Shown: positions 1-11,018 of the stretch, piece after piece
Numbering within the stretch: position 1 is the first letter of the stretch
Layout: every line of letters begins with the position of its first letter
Origin: Terriglobia bacterium
GTDB lineage: Bacteria; Acidobacteriota; Terriglobia; 20CM-2-55-15
Reading direction: 5' to 3'
NCBI GenBank assembly: GCA_965198225.1
Contig: CBDAOY010000003.1
Coordinates: 97,481-161,480 of the forward strand
DNA: 64,000 nt
The notes under the pieces: model-generated
What the model was told of the DNA's origin: nothing
The model's input: the letters and a program-made list of their open reading frames with translations, nothing else
Databases searched by the model: none
Program-made: the position numbers and the translations under genes

Positions 1-1069
1 CGGCCAGAAACGTTCGTGCCATGTCCCTGAAGTTTTCCATGTGAGGCCCGAACAGAACCGGTTTTTCGAATCGTGCCGGCTCCAGTACGTTGTGACCACC
101 CCGGGGGACAAGCGTGCCCCCCATGAACACGAGCGTCGCGTATTTGAAGACGGCGGTCAGCTCGCCGATGGAATCAAGCAGGATGATGTCTTCCGACCCG
201 TCCGCGAGCGCGATCTCCGACCGTCGTCGAAAACGGAATTCGCTGGCGCTGAGCAGCAGTTCGACTTCGTCGAAACGCTGAGACAGACGTGGTGCGATCA
301 GGAGCTTCAAGTTCGGATGCCCCGCACGCACCCTCCGGTAAGCTTTCAGGACGTGTTGCTCCTCGCCGACGGCTGTACTGGCCGCCACGAGGAGTAGCTG
401 ACAACTCTCGAGCGCTTCGCCCAGGGCCGGATCGAGGCCCGGCGCAGTGGCCGGCAGGTCATACTTGATGTTACCGAACACCACGACCTTCTGAGGATTG
501 GCGCCAATCGACCGAATACGGACCGCGTCCATTTCCGACTGCATCCCCAGGATCCTGTAGTCTTCGAGTACCGTCTTGAGCCAGCGACGGCCCATCAGGT
601 AGCGGGCGTACGATTTGTCCGAGATGCGGCCGTTGACCATCACCACCGGGACGCTGCGCCGGCGGCATTCCCTCAGGAAATTTGGCCATATTTCAGTCTC
701 AGCGATGACGACGAGTTCTGGACGGACCCGCCCCAGACTGCGGCGCACCGCTGTAGGGATGTCGAGTGGAAAATAGACCAGGCGGTCGACATCGTCGCGC
801 TGGTCGGCCAGCTGCCGGCCCGTGAGGGTCGTCGTCGAGAGGACAAGACGGCGGTCGGGCAGCTCCTGGCGCAGGCGCTCGATCAACCGGTCCACGGCTT
901 TGACTTCTCCGACCGAAACGGCGTGGATCCAGATCGAGGGTTCACCCGCCCTCTCCACGAAGCCCAATCGCTCGGTGATGGTCAGCCCGTACCTCTTGAA
1001 ACCGAGGAGGTAATAGGGCAGTGCCACCAGCAGACCCAGTGTGAAGACGAAGGTGTAGATCACGTACAT
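1..1069 (-). CDS. waaA: 3-deoxy-D-manno-octulosonic acid (Kdo) transferase, 3' end outside the window
   Basis: Manual translation from ATG at 1069: MYVIYTFVFTLGLLVALPYYL...PSIWIHAVSVGEVKAV...LVLSTTTLTG...VIAETEIWPN, the WaaA motifs. Absent from the ORF track because no stop codon falls in the window. Confidence 0.9.
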   Translation of the reverse strand, partial: MYVIYTFVFTLGLLVALPYYLLGFKRYGLTITERLGFVERAGEPSIWIHAVSVGEVKAVDRLIERLRQELPDRRLVLSTTTLTGRQLADQRDDVDRLVYFPLDIPTAVRRSLGRVRPELVVIAETEIWPNFLRECRRRSVPVVMVNGRISDKSYARYLMGRRWLKTVLEDYRILGMQSEMDAVRIRSIGANPQKVVVFGNIKYDLPATAPGLDPALGEALESCQLLLVAASTAVGEEQHVLKAYRRVRAGHPNLKLLIAPRLSQRFDEVELLLSASEFRFRRRSEIALADGSEDIILLDSIGELTAVFKYATLVFMGGTLVPRGGHNVLEPARFEKPVLFGPHMENFRDMARTFLA

Positions 1070-1165
1070 GGGCTGATCAGCGCAGTATACTCGGCTCCAC
1101 AGGGGTTGAACCCTCAGTTATCATAGATAGTTTGTTTCACCGTGTTGACGCGAGCAATGAACTGA

Positions 1166-2258
<1,093 letters not shown>

Positions 2259-2289
2259 CGATACAGCCATTTTTGCACATACAAACACC

Positions 2290-3477
2290 GTGTCCAAGCT
2301 CTCCATCTCCGACCTGCAGCTCACAGGGAAGCGTGTCTTGATGCGCGTCGACTTCAACGTGCCTGTCGTCGAGGGGGCGATCACCGACGACACGCGAATC
2401 AAGGCGGCTCTGCCATCCATCGAGCACGTCGGGAATCAGGGGGGGCGCTTGATCCTGGCGTCCCATGTCGGTCGTCCGAAGGGCAAGCCGGATTCTGCGC
2501 TGAGTCTCCAACCCGTCTCCGAACGGCTCGAGGAGCTCTGCGGGAAGCGAACCGGGTTCTCCAGCGACTCGGTCGGAGCCAAAGCCCTGGCGTTGGTCCA
2601 CGGTCTGTCCGACGGCGACATGCTCGTGCTGGAGAACCTCCGGTTCCACGCGGAAGAGGAAGCCAACGATCCTAAGTTCGCTTCCGAACTGGCTTCACTC
2701 TGTGACATCTACGTCAACGACGCCTTCGGAACGGCGCACCGCACTCATGCTTCAACCGTCGGCATCGCCGATCACGTCTCACCCCGCGCAGCCGGCTTTC
2801 TCATGCAGAAGGAACTCGAATCGCTCAGCCGGGCCTTGGCCGGGGCCGCCCAGCCTTACGTTGCGATCGTTGGTGGCGCGAAGATCTCGGGGAAGATCGA
2901 GTTGATCGAGAACTTCCTGAAGATCGCGGACGACATCCTGATCGGCGGCGCCATGGCGTATACGTTCTTCCGGGCCCTGCGGATCGCGACGGGCAACTCG
3001 CTGGTCGAGGAAAGCCGAGTCGACCTGGCAGGACGGCTGCTCGAGGCGGCCAGGAGGGAAGGAACGCGGATTCATCTTCCGGAGGACCATGTTGTTGCCC
3101 GCGACCTTGACGGGGCGGGACTCCAGAACGTTTCGGTTGCGGAAACGGCGCGGGAGGAGATGGGATTGGACATCGGACCGGAGACCGCTCAGAAATACGC
3201 ATCGATCATCGAGCGAGCGCGAACTATCGTGTGGAATGGGCCGATGGGGGTTTTCGAGAACCCGAGGTTTGCCCAAGGAACCCTCTCGATCGCCCGTGCA
3301 GTCGCGTTCGCTGATGCCTTTTCGATAGTCGGCGGCGGCGATTCCGCCGCCGCCGTGACCCAATCGGGAATGGCCGACCGCATCAGCCACATCTCCACGG
3401 GAGGTGGTGCGTGTCTGGAATTCCTCTCCGGAAGGAAGTTGCCCGCAGTAGAAGTGCTGACGGAGGGAGGAGGCTGA
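2290..3477 (+). CDS. pgk: Phosphoglycerate kinase
   Basis: RVDFNVP, LENLRFH, NDAFGTAHR and HISTGGGA motifs. Confidence 0.98.
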   Translation: MSKLSISDLQLTGKRVLMRVDFNVPVVEGAITDDTRIKAALPSIEHVGNQGGRLILASHVGRPKGKPDSALSLQPVSERLEELCGKRTGFSSDSVGAKALALVHGLSDGDMLVLENLRFHAEEEANDPKFASELASLCDIYVNDAFGTAHRTHASTVGIADHVSPRAAGFLMQKELESLSRALAGAAQPYVAIVGGAKISGKIELIENFLKIADDILIGGAMAYTFFRALRIATGNSLVEESRVDLAGRLLEAARREGTRIHLPEDHVVARDLDGAGLQNVSVAETAREEMGLDIGPETAQKYASIIERARTIVWNGPMGVFENPRFAQGTLSIARAVAFADAFSIVGGGDSAAAVTQSGMADRISHISTGGGACLEFLSGRKLPAVEVLTEGGG

Positions 3478-3479
3478 GA

Positions 3480-4238
3480 ATGCGCAGACCGGTCATCGCC
3501 GGAAACTGGAAGATGTTCAAGACCGTGAGCGAGACGGAAGAGTTTTTCGACGTCCTGCTTCCCGCGATCGATGACGTCGATCATTGCGACGTCGTCGTCG
3601 CGCCCCCTTTTACCGCACTGGGCGCCGCGCTGGAGAAGGCCCGGGGCAGCCGCGTCGCGATATCGGCGCAGGACCTCCACTGGGAAGAGCAGGGAGCGTT
3701 CACTGGCGAGATTTCCGCATCGATGCTCAGCGATGTCGGTTGCAGCCATGTCATCATCGGGCATTCAGAGCGCAGGCAGCACTTCGGCGAGACCGACGAA
3801 ACGGTATCCTGGAAGATCCCGGCAGCGATCCGGGCGGGCCTCACAGCAATTGTCTGTGTCGGCGAGACGCTCGAGCAACGAGAGGGTGGGCTGGCGGAAG
3901 ACATAGTGAAAACGCAACTTAGCGACGGACTCGCCCGATTGACTGAGAACGACCTTTCTCATATCATAGTTGCTTACGAGCCAGTCTGGGCGATCGGCAC
4001 GGGACGTACCGCAACTCCCGACATCGCCGAGCACATGCATGCGGCTATCCGTTCCTCCGCCTCGGAGATCTCCGGCGCGGGGTCTGCGGACGGTATCCGA
4101 ATCCTCTACGGAGGCAGCGTGAAGCCCGGCAATATTGCCGATCTCATGGCTCAGGCCAATATCGACGGGGCTCTGGTGGGCGGAGCGAGTCTTGAATCGG
4201 ACTCCTTTGCCTCGATCATCCGTTACAGGACGTCTTGA
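3480..4238 (+). CDS. tpiA: Triosephosphate isomerase
   Basis: AGNWKM, IIGHSERR, AYEPVWAIGTG and LVGGASL motifs; start moved to the ATG at 3480. Confidence 0.98.
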   Translation: MRRPVIAGNWKMFKTVSETEEFFDVLLPAIDDVDHCDVVVAPPFTALGAALEKARGSRVAISAQDLHWEEQGAFTGEISASMLSDVGCSHVIIGHSERRQHFGETDETVSWKIPAAIRAGLTAIVCVGETLEQREGGLAEDIVKTQLSDGLARLTENDLSHIIVAYEPVWAIGTGRTATPDIAEHMHAAIRSSASEISGAGSADGIRILYGGSVKPGNIADLMAQANIDGALVGGASLESDSFASIIRYRTS

Positions 4239-4269
4239 ACGGGTTTCCCGGACAGGACGCTATGTGCCC

Positions 4270-4653
4270 ATGATTACATTTCTGACGATCCTTCACGTTA
4301 TCGTTTCGGTGTTTTTGATCCTGGTGGTGTTGCTCCAGCAGGGCAAGGGGCAGGACCTTGCCGGCGCGTTCGGCGGGGGAGGTTCCCAGGCGAATGTCGG
4401 CGCTCGGAGTGCCACGACCGTCCTGCACCGCCTGACCACTGTTGCGGCCGTCATGTTCATGGTCACGTCTCTGACCCTGACGATCATGATCTCCAGTCCG
4501 GGCAGCAGTTCCGTCATCAGCGAGGACGCGGTCGCCCCGATCGAGGTCCCGGTCCCGGCCGAGGCGGAACAACCGGAACCAGTTGCGCCCGACACAGAAA
4601 CGCAACCTGACGATACGCCGGAGGATGGAGCGGCCCCAGACCCCGGGCCCTAG
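4270..4653 (+). CDS. secG: Preprotein translocase subunit SecG
   Basis: VLLQQGKGQDLAGAFGGGGS motif, two TM segments, position between tpiA and tRNA-Leu. Confidence 0.93.
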   Translation: MITFLTILHVIVSVFLILVVLLQQGKGQDLAGAFGGGGSQANVGARSATTVLHRLTTVAAVMFMVTSLTLTIMISSPGSSSVISEDAVAPIEVPVPAEAEQPEPVAPDTETQPDDTPEDGAAPDPGP

Positions 4654-4661
4654 ATCAGACA

Positions 4662-4743
4662 GCCGAAGTGGTGGAACTGGCAGACACGCCATCTTGAGGG
4701 GGTGGTGCCTTCGGGTGTGCGGGTTCGAATCCCGCCTTCGGCA
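4662..4743 (+). tRNA. tRNA-Leu (anticodon GAG), CCA not encoded
   Basis: GCCGAAG/CTTCGGC acceptor stem, D-loop TGGCAGAC, anticodon loop TT-GAG-GG, long variable arm, GTTCGAATCC T-loop; conserved secG-tRNA-Leu synteny. Confidence 0.95.
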
Positions 4744-4864
4744 TAATTTTTCGAGTTCAGGGTCGCACGTCCCGATAGTGTCCCCTCCCCTTCAATCGCT
4801 CACCGCATTTCGCAAGGCCCACAAAGATTGAAACCGAAGTCCTCCTGAACCTACAATTCAACCT

Positions 4865-5248
4865 ATGATCGTTGAGGGCGTGAAGGTCGGGCTGACCCTC
4901 CTTGCCGTCGTGACGTTCCAGGCTTGCAACCTCTGGTGCGGCGCGATCGGCGTGGGTCGAACCGAGACCTCGACACCGGAGAGCGTTCCGAGTTGCCACC
5001 ACGCTGAGGATTCTGATGCCCGGCAGCGTACCGGCGAAGAGGAACATCCATCCCCTTGCGAAGGCGGATCATGCCTGCGCGAACCGGTCTTCAAGGCCTG
5101 CAGCCTCCAATCGCAGATGGAAGTCGATCAGCTCCCTCCGAGCGTTGTCGTAGTGGTCGCTTCAAACCTGCGATGGTCCGCATCTTCACCGGTCGGGCCA
5201 CAGCTCCCGGGCGTGCACTGCATACCGCCCCTTGTACTCCGAATCTGA
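4865..5248 (+). CDS. Small Cys/His-rich exported or leader protein upstream of the copper operon
   Basis: Hydrophobic N-terminus, CNLWC, SCHH and CEGGSC motifs, Pro-rich C-terminus ending PPLVLRI. Confidence 0.55.
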   Translation: MIVEGVKVGLTLLAVVTFQACNLWCGAIGVGRTETSTPESVPSCHHAEDSDARQRTGEEEHPSPCEGGSCLREPVFKACSLQSQMEVDQLPPSVVVVVASNLRWSASSPVGPQLPGVHCIPPLVLRI

Positions 5249-5389
5249 TACCTCGGGATTGACGCGTCTTGTCCCCGCACGGGGACGAAACCGCAACCTC
5301 CAAAACTCCGGCGACCGTGGCGCGTGGGGAATCATCGTGGTTCAGCGTCGCTATCGAGAGAGCCGGCGGAAGGCAACCGAGGCCAAGAA

Positions 5390-6853
5390 ATGACTCCTCC
5401 TGAAAACCCACGCATTGACCGGCGTATCACGCCAGTGCCGATCCGGATCTGGATTCCGATCGCGGGGCTGTGCTTGTTCGTAGCCGCTTGCGCTCCCAGA
5501 GACGCCGGGTTCGGATCCGTGCAGGTCATGCTCGAGCAGAGAGCGGGAATCGAAGCGAATTGGGATAACCTTCGAAGCGATCCGGACAAGGAAATGGCGA
5601 TCGCCAACCTTCTCGGCCAACCCGTCGGCGCCGAGCAGGCCGTCGAGATCGCGCTTCGCAACAACACCGAACTCCAGGCTGCTTATGAAGAGCTCGGAAT
5701 CGCCGAGGCCCGCGTTCTCCAATCCAGCCTTCCGCCCAACATCGATGTCGAAGGTCATGTCGGCTACGTCGACGCCGTCGACCGGACGGAATTCGATGTC
5801 GCGGCACTAATCGACATATCGGACCTGATTCTGCTGCCGCTTCGACGTGGCGCCGCGTCTGCCGAACTCGAAGCGGTGCGCTTTGGCGCCGCGGGCCGCA
5901 CGCTGGAGCTGATCCACATGGTCCGTAGGACGTTTTACACCTACCAGGCCACCGAGCAACTGCTCGAGTTGGCGCGAACCGTGCTGGAGGCTTCCGACGC
6001 CTCCTACGCCATGGCCCTGCGGTTGTACGAGGCCGGCAACATCACGTCCCTGGAACAGGCACGCCAGCAGGCGTTCTTTGAAGAAGCGAGACTGGAGGTG
6101 GTGGCCGCCGAAGGCACTGCGCTGGCGTGGCGCGAGGAGCTCAACGTCCTGATGGGCCTGTCCGGATCCGAGGCGGCCTGGACACTCTATGGGCGATTGG
6201 CCGACCCGACGGATCCGCCGCCCGACGTCGAGACGATCGAGACGCTGGCCCTCGATCAGAGCCTGGACCTGCTGGAGCTCGACCGCCGATACATCGCCGC
6301 GGCCCGTCGGGCGAGAGTGGCCCGGGTGGAAGGCCTGTTTCCTTCTCTCCGCGCCGGCGTGCATGTCGGTCGGGAAATCGATCTCAGAGAAGCCGGCCCG
6401 GTAGTGGGCTTTGAGATCCCGATCTTCGACCGCGGACAGGCTGTCGTCGCCGCGGCGCGAGCCGAAATGCGGCAGCTCGAACACAGGTATGCGGCTGGCG
6501 AAGTTCGCATCCGGTCCGCCGTTCGCTCGGCCTGGAATCAGACGCGTATCGCCGGAGAGAGAGTTCGGCATTACCGCGAAACTCTGCTCCCCCTGCGCCA
6601 GCAGATCGTCGACGGAACCCAACGCGACTACAACGCGATGCAGGCGAGCGCTTTCGAACTGATTACTGCGCGGAAGGAAGAGGTGCAGACAGGACGCCGT
6701 TACGTAATCGCTCTCAGGGACTACTGGCAGGCGCGGACAGCCCTGGATTCGATCCTGGCGGGCCGACTCGTTCCAGTGCCCGATGGGTTGGGCTCTCGCC
6801 TGGAAGGGCCCTCGGCACGGGACAGGGAAGCCCCCTCGGCCGCGAACGATTAA
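5390..6853 (+). CDS. TolC-family outer-membrane lipoprotein (copper-resistance type)
   Basis: Lipobox-like FVAAC, outer-membrane efflux repeats (AVEIALRNN, EIPIFDRG); directly upstream of a multicopper oxidase. Start uncertain (5324 or 5390). Confidence 0.85.
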   Translation: MTPPENPRIDRRITPVPIRIWIPIAGLCLFVAACAPRDAGFGSVQVMLEQRAGIEANWDNLRSDPDKEMAIANLLGQPVGAEQAVEIALRNNTELQAAYEELGIAEARVLQSSLPPNIDVEGHVGYVDAVDRTEFDVAALIDISDLILLPLRRGAASAELEAVRFGAAGRTLELIHMVRRTFYTYQATEQLLELARTVLEASDASYAMALRLYEAGNITSLEQARQQAFFEEARLEVVAAEGTALAWREELNVLMGLSGSEAAWTLYGRLADPTDPPPDVETIETLALDQSLDLLELDRRYIAAARRARVARVEGLFPSLRAGVHVGREIDLREAGPVVGFEIPIFDRGQAVVAAARAEMRQLEHRYAAGEVRIRSAVRSAWNQTRIAGERVRHYRETLLPLRQQIVDGTQRDYNAMQASAFELITARKEEVQTGRRYVIALRDYWQARTALDSILAGRLVPVPDGLGSRLEGPSARDREAPSAAND

Positions 6854-6880
6854 AAGTGCAATGAAAACAGGAGAATAACC

Positions 6881-8227
6881 ATGGTTTCAAGACGGGACTT
6901 TGTGACGAAATCAGCCGTTGCCGGAGGCTTGCTGATTGCTCAGGCTTCCGGTGGAGAAGCGTTAGCGGCTACAGCGAATCGTCAGGAAAGGACTGCGGAT
7001 CGAGACCGCACGCCGATCGCGACGCCGAACGGCGCATCTTTGCCGTTCAACGTCGTCAATGGCGCCAAAGTCTTTCACCTCACCGCGCAGCCCGTGAAGC
7101 ACGAGTTCGCTCCCGGACTCGACGCGGAGTGCTGGGGTTACAACGGCCGCACGCCGGGCCCGACCCTGGAGGCCGTCGAGGGTGATCGGGTACGGATCTA
7201 TGTCACGAACCGGCTTCCGGAGCCGACGACGGTCCACTGGCACGGAGTCGTTCTGCCCAACGGAATGGACGGGGTCGGGGGTCTGACCCAACCTTACATT
7301 CGCCCGGGAGAGACATTCCGGTACGAGTTCACCTTCGAGCGTCCGGGCACCTACATGTACCATCCGCACGTCGACGAGATGACGCAGATGGGGATGGGCC
7401 TGATGGGGATGCTCGTGGTTCACGAGAAGGACGACCAGCATCCTGTCGACAGGGATTTCGCGATCATGCTGAGTGAGTGGATGGTGCGACCCGGCGCCCG
7501 GCGACCCGACCCGCGAGAGATGACCGACTTCAACGTGCTGACGATGAACAGCAGGGTCTTCCCGGGCACCGCCCCCCTGGTAGCGCGTACCGGGGACCGT
7601 GTACGAATCCGTTTCGGGAACCTCAGCGCGATGGATAACCATCCGATCCACCTGCACGGGTACTCGTTCCGAATCACGGGAACCGACGGCGGCCGAATCG
7701 CCGAAACCGCCCAATGGCCTGAGACGACAGTCGTGGTTCCGGTCGGGGCCACGCGCGACGTCGAGTTCGTCGCCGACGCTCCCGGCGACTGGGCGCTCCA
7801 CTGCCATTTCACGCACCACATCATGAACCAGATGGGCCATGAAGGACCGAACACGCTTGGTGCGATCACCGAAGACATCGACGAGCGAGTGCGTCGCCTC
7901 CTGCCCGGGTACATGACCATGGGCCGGACCGGGATGTCCGGAATGGGCGAGATGGCCGAAATGGATCCGATGGGAATGCCGAGCATGGAACGTATGCCGG
8001 GAATGGATCACATGAGCATGCCGGTCCCCGACAACAGCATTCCGATGAAAGGAATGCCCGGCAAACACGACTACATCGATATGGGAGGCATGTTCACGGT
8101 CCTGAAGGTACGCGATGACGTCCGCAGCTACGATGACCCCGGCTGGTACGACAACCCGGAGGGGACGTTGGCGCGCCGAGCGTCGGCGGATGAACTGGAA
8201 GAGGATGGTATCGATGTGAGTCTGTAG
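6881..8227 (+). CDS. TAT-exported two-domain multicopper oxidase with Met-rich tail
   Basis: SRRDF twin-arginine signal; copper motifs HWHG, YHPH, HPIHLHG, HCHFTHH; Met-rich C-terminal region. Confidence 0.92.
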   Translation: MVSRRDFVTKSAVAGGLLIAQASGGEALAATANRQERTADRDRTPIATPNGASLPFNVVNGAKVFHLTAQPVKHEFAPGLDAECWGYNGRTPGPTLEAVEGDRVRIYVTNRLPEPTTVHWHGVVLPNGMDGVGGLTQPYIRPGETFRYEFTFERPGTYMYHPHVDEMTQMGMGLMGMLVVHEKDDQHPVDRDFAIMLSEWMVRPGARRPDPREMTDFNVLTMNSRVFPGTAPLVARTGDRVRIRFGNLSAMDNHPIHLHGYSFRITGTDGGRIAETAQWPETTVVVPVGATRDVEFVADAPGDWALHCHFTHHIMNQMGHEGPNTLGAITEDIDERVRRLLPGYMTMGRTGMSGMGEMAEMDPMGMPSMERMPGMDHMSMPVPDNSIPMKGMPGKHDYIDMGGMFTVLKVRDDVRSYDDPGWYDNPEGTLARRASADELEEDGIDVSL

Positions 8228-8547
8228 CGCAATCGGTCCGGTCAATGGCCTGCACCTCACGCCCTGACAAAATAGGGATAGTCTCGACTGTCCCTATTTC
8301 ATCCAACATGTAATCAGCGACTTAGATTCGGGACACAGGAGGCTGTCCATACTTCTTCGCCGCAAGTGTTTTCAATATTTTGACTCCGGCTTGACGTTCA
8401 GTCATGGAATTCCGACGCAAAAATACCGGTGCCTGCTTGTGGCTGCCCTCCCGTAAGTGTCCGCTTTTTTACGAGATACCCCTTCGGCCTTGAGATTCGC
8501 AGAGATTGGCCGCCCGATTGCCTCTGTAGAAATCGGAGGCTGCAATC

Positions 8548-8706
8548 ATGATCCCGATCCGAGTCAAATTCGATGCGCGCTACCAGCACTTCAAGCTTGT
8601 CGAGGAATACAAAGGTCACCTGTTCGAAGACGGCGAAGACTACTGCCTGGTCACCGATGACGTGCTCGACGAAGACAACACGGGCGACTACTACGATATC
8701 CAATAG
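8548..8706 (+). CDS. 52-aa acidic hypothetical protein (below the ORF-track cut-off)
   Basis: GGAGG 7 nt upstream of ATG; MIPIRVKFDARYQHFKLVEEYKGHLFEDGEDYCLVTDDVLDEDNTGDYYDIQ; host-like codon usage; hairpin plus T-run downstream. Confidence 0.6.
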   Translation: MIPIRVKFDARYQHFKLVEEYKGHLFEDGEDYCLVTDDVLDEDNTGDYYDIQ

Positions 8707-8760
8707 CTCTTAGCTTTCCCTTTTCTTCCGTTCCATCCTGAGTCACGGAAGTCCTTCACA

Positions 8761-8794
8761 AAGGTGCGGTCAGGGGACCGCACCTTTCGTTTTT
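8761..8794 (+). terminator. Candidate intrinsic terminator / REP-derived hairpin
   Basis: AAGGTGCGGTC-aggg-GACCGCACCTT followed by tcgttttt. Confidence 0.55.
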
Positions 8795-8896
8795 CGCATA
8801 CCCGACGTCCCACCAGTCACGCTGGCCTGCATTCTCACCAACCCTGGCGAGTCGTTGAAGAGTTCTCGGGTGCGAGAGGGCGAACTTCAGGATCGG

Positions 8897-8966
8897 GTGT
8901 ACGTGCGTTCTATGAGCGCACCTCGTTTCGGTTCGACGAATGTGCGGTCATAGACCGCACCTACAC
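8897..8966. repeat. Inverted pair of GTAG-type REP-like palindromes
   Basis: gtacgtgcgttctatgagcgcac ... gtgcggtcatagaccgcacctac; same family at 16118-16152 and 23916-24099. Confidence 0.7.
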
Positions 8967-8982
8967 GCTAGAATCAACAGGT

Positions 8983-9696
8983 ATGAGCGTGTATCCGCGA
9001 GATCTCGACCGTGCCCTGGTCCAAGAGATACTGGCCGACGGCGGTCACCTCCCCGCGCTCGCAGCCCGAATTGAGAGGATCAGCCGCCGATTCGTGGGTG
9101 ATCCCTACCGCGAAGGCTTGCTCGTCGGTTCGCGCTCGTCGGGGGAAGTCTTTACGGCGTCGCTGGAAGCTTTCGACTGCGTGACCTACGTCGAAAACGT
9201 GCTAGCCCTCGCGGGGGCGTCGAACCACAGGACTTTTGTCGGGCGACTTCGCCGGATTCGGTATGCCGGAGGCGTCATCGACTGGGAGCACCGCAACCAT
9301 TACATGACGACCTGGATTCGGAACAACGGGCGCGAAGGCCTCGTCCATGACCGAACGGCCCGTCGCGGTTCGGTAAGCCGTTCCCGGCGGCTCGACATGG
9401 TGGATGGGATTCCCGCTCGGACGGTGCGGGTGCGAAGCGTCCCGAAACGTACTTTTCTGCGCCGTTTGGGCGATGTCCGCGACGGAGACCTCGCTTTTTT
9501 CGGTTCGACCAGGCCGGACCTCGATGTGTTCCATTGCGGGCTCCTCTTCGGTCGCGGGGGCCGCATCGTCATGCGTCACGCGGCCCGGAGCCGCGGGCAA
9601 GTCGTAGAACAGGACCTTGCCGAGTTTCTCGGGGCGAACCGAATGACGGGAGTGATTCTGGTCCGGCCGCAAGCTCGCGCCGAAAAGGTCGGATGA
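8983..9696 (+). CDS. DUF1460 / NlpC-P60-like N-acetylmuramoyl-L-alanine amidase-like protein
   Basis: FDCVTYVENVLAL, RNHY and DVFHCG motifs; likely start is ATG 8983, not the track's 8764. Confidence 0.8.
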   Translation: MSVYPRDLDRALVQEILADGGHLPALAARIERISRRFVGDPYREGLLVGSRSSGEVFTASLEAFDCVTYVENVLALAGASNHRTFVGRLRRIRYAGGVIDWEHRNHYMTTWIRNNGREGLVHDRTARRGSVSRSRRLDMVDGIPARTVRVRSVPKRTFLRRLGDVRDGDLAFFGSTRPDLDVFHCGLLFGRGGRIVMRHAARSRGQVVEQDLAEFLGANRMTGVILVRPQARAEKVG

Positions 9697-11018
9697 GAGT
9701 CCTCTATCCGGCGGACCGTTCCGCTTCGACGATCAACGACCTCATATCATCGACGTCGGGTGAAATACTCTTCGTTGGCGATCCCCGAGTCGAACTGGAC
9801 ATTGGATCGACCACCCTGGAGCGGATGGCGGACGTGCTCGACGGCTCCGAAGCGGGAATCGTTTACTCGGACGCCAAAGAGCGACGGCGGATCGACTACC
9901 AGACCGGCAGTATCCGCGACGATTTTGACTTCGGGCCGCTGGTTTGTTTCTCGATGTCGGCGGTTCGGTCTGCGGTAAGCAAGTTCGGAGCAGTCGAGAA
10001 GGACCTCCGCTGGTCAGGGCTCTACGACCTGAGACTGAAAATCTCGGCCGACCACCCGATCGTTCGTATGCCCGAGCGGTTGTACGGAGCGCGGGACCCG
10101 GATACGCGCGCCAGCGGAGAGCGCCTGTTTGATTACGTCGATCCGCGCCAGCGAGCGTATCAGGACGAGATGGAACGCGTCGCCACAGCCCACCTGAGGC
10201 GTGTGGGCGCGTACCTCGCCCCTCGCTTCCGTCGGGTCGGTGATGTCGTTGAATCCTTCCCCGTAAAAGCCAGCATCGTCATTCCGGTCCGCAACCGCGA
10301 GTCGACGCTGCGAGCTGCCCTCTCGAGCGCTCTAGAGCAGGAGGCAGATTTTCCCCACAACGTCATCGTCGTCGACAACCACTCAACCGACGGTACCGGT
10401 GCAATCATCGAAGGAATCCGCGACCCACGCCTCGTCCATCTCATTCCCGGGCGCAGGGATCTGGGCATCGGCGGCTGCTGGAACGAGGCCATCTATTCCG
10501 ACCAGTGCGGCAGGTATGCGCTTCAACTGGATTCCGACGACTTGCTCTCGGAGCCGAGCGTTCTGACGCGGATGGTCGACTGCATGGAGCAGGAGGGCTA
10601 CGCGATGCTCGTTGGCTCCTACCGGACCGTCGATTTTGCACTCAATGAGACACTGCCGGGACTGGTTGACCACCGGGAGTGGACGGCGGAGAACGGCCAC
10701 AACAACGCGCTGCGCGTAAACGGTTTCGGGGCCCCGAGGGCTTACGACGCCACCGTCGTGCGCCACTTCGGTTTTCCGAACGTGAGCTACGGGGAAGACT
10801 ACGCCGTCGGTCTGCGCACGTGTCGCGAATACGAAGTTGGCAGGATCTTCGAGCCTCTTTACCTGTGCCGTAGGTGGGAGGGCAACAGCGATAGCGCTCC
10901 GCCTGCGGAGGTGCTCAATCGCTTCGACACGTTCAAGGACGGCATCCGGACATCAGAGATTCGCGCCCGGATCGCGATGAACCGGTCTCGAGATCCTCAA
11001 TCCGGCGAACACGATTGA
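9693..11018 (+). CDS. Glycosyltransferase family 2 protein
   Basis: SIVIPVRNRE, VVDNHSTDGT, QLDSDD and YGEDY motifs; ATGA overlap with the upstream gene. Confidence 0.88.
   Translation: MRVLYPADRSASTINDLISSTSGEILFVGDPRVELDIGSTTLERMADVLDGSEAGIVYSDAKERRRIDYQTGSIRDDFDFGPLVCFSMSAVRSAVSKFGAVEKDLRWSGLYDLRLKISADHPIVRMPERLYGARDPDTRASGERLFDYVDPRQRAYQDEMERVATAHLRRVGAYLAPRFRRVGDVVESFPVKASIVIPVRNRESTLRAALSSALEQEADFPHNVIVVDNHSTDGTGAIIEGIRDPRLVHLIPGRRDLGIGGCWNEAIYSDQCGRYALQLDSDDLLSEPSVLTRMVDCMEQEGYAMLVGSYRTVDFALNETLPGLVDHREWTAENGHNNALRVNGFGAPRAYDATVVRHFGFPNVSYGEDYAVGLRTCREYEVGRIFEPLYLCRRWEGNSDSAPPAEVLNRFDTFKDGIRTSEIRARIAMNRSRDPQSGEHD

Noticed and set aside
4662-8500. Genomic island integrated at tRNA-Leu
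   Set aside because: No integrase, no duplicated tRNA 3' end noticed, and composition resembles the backbone.
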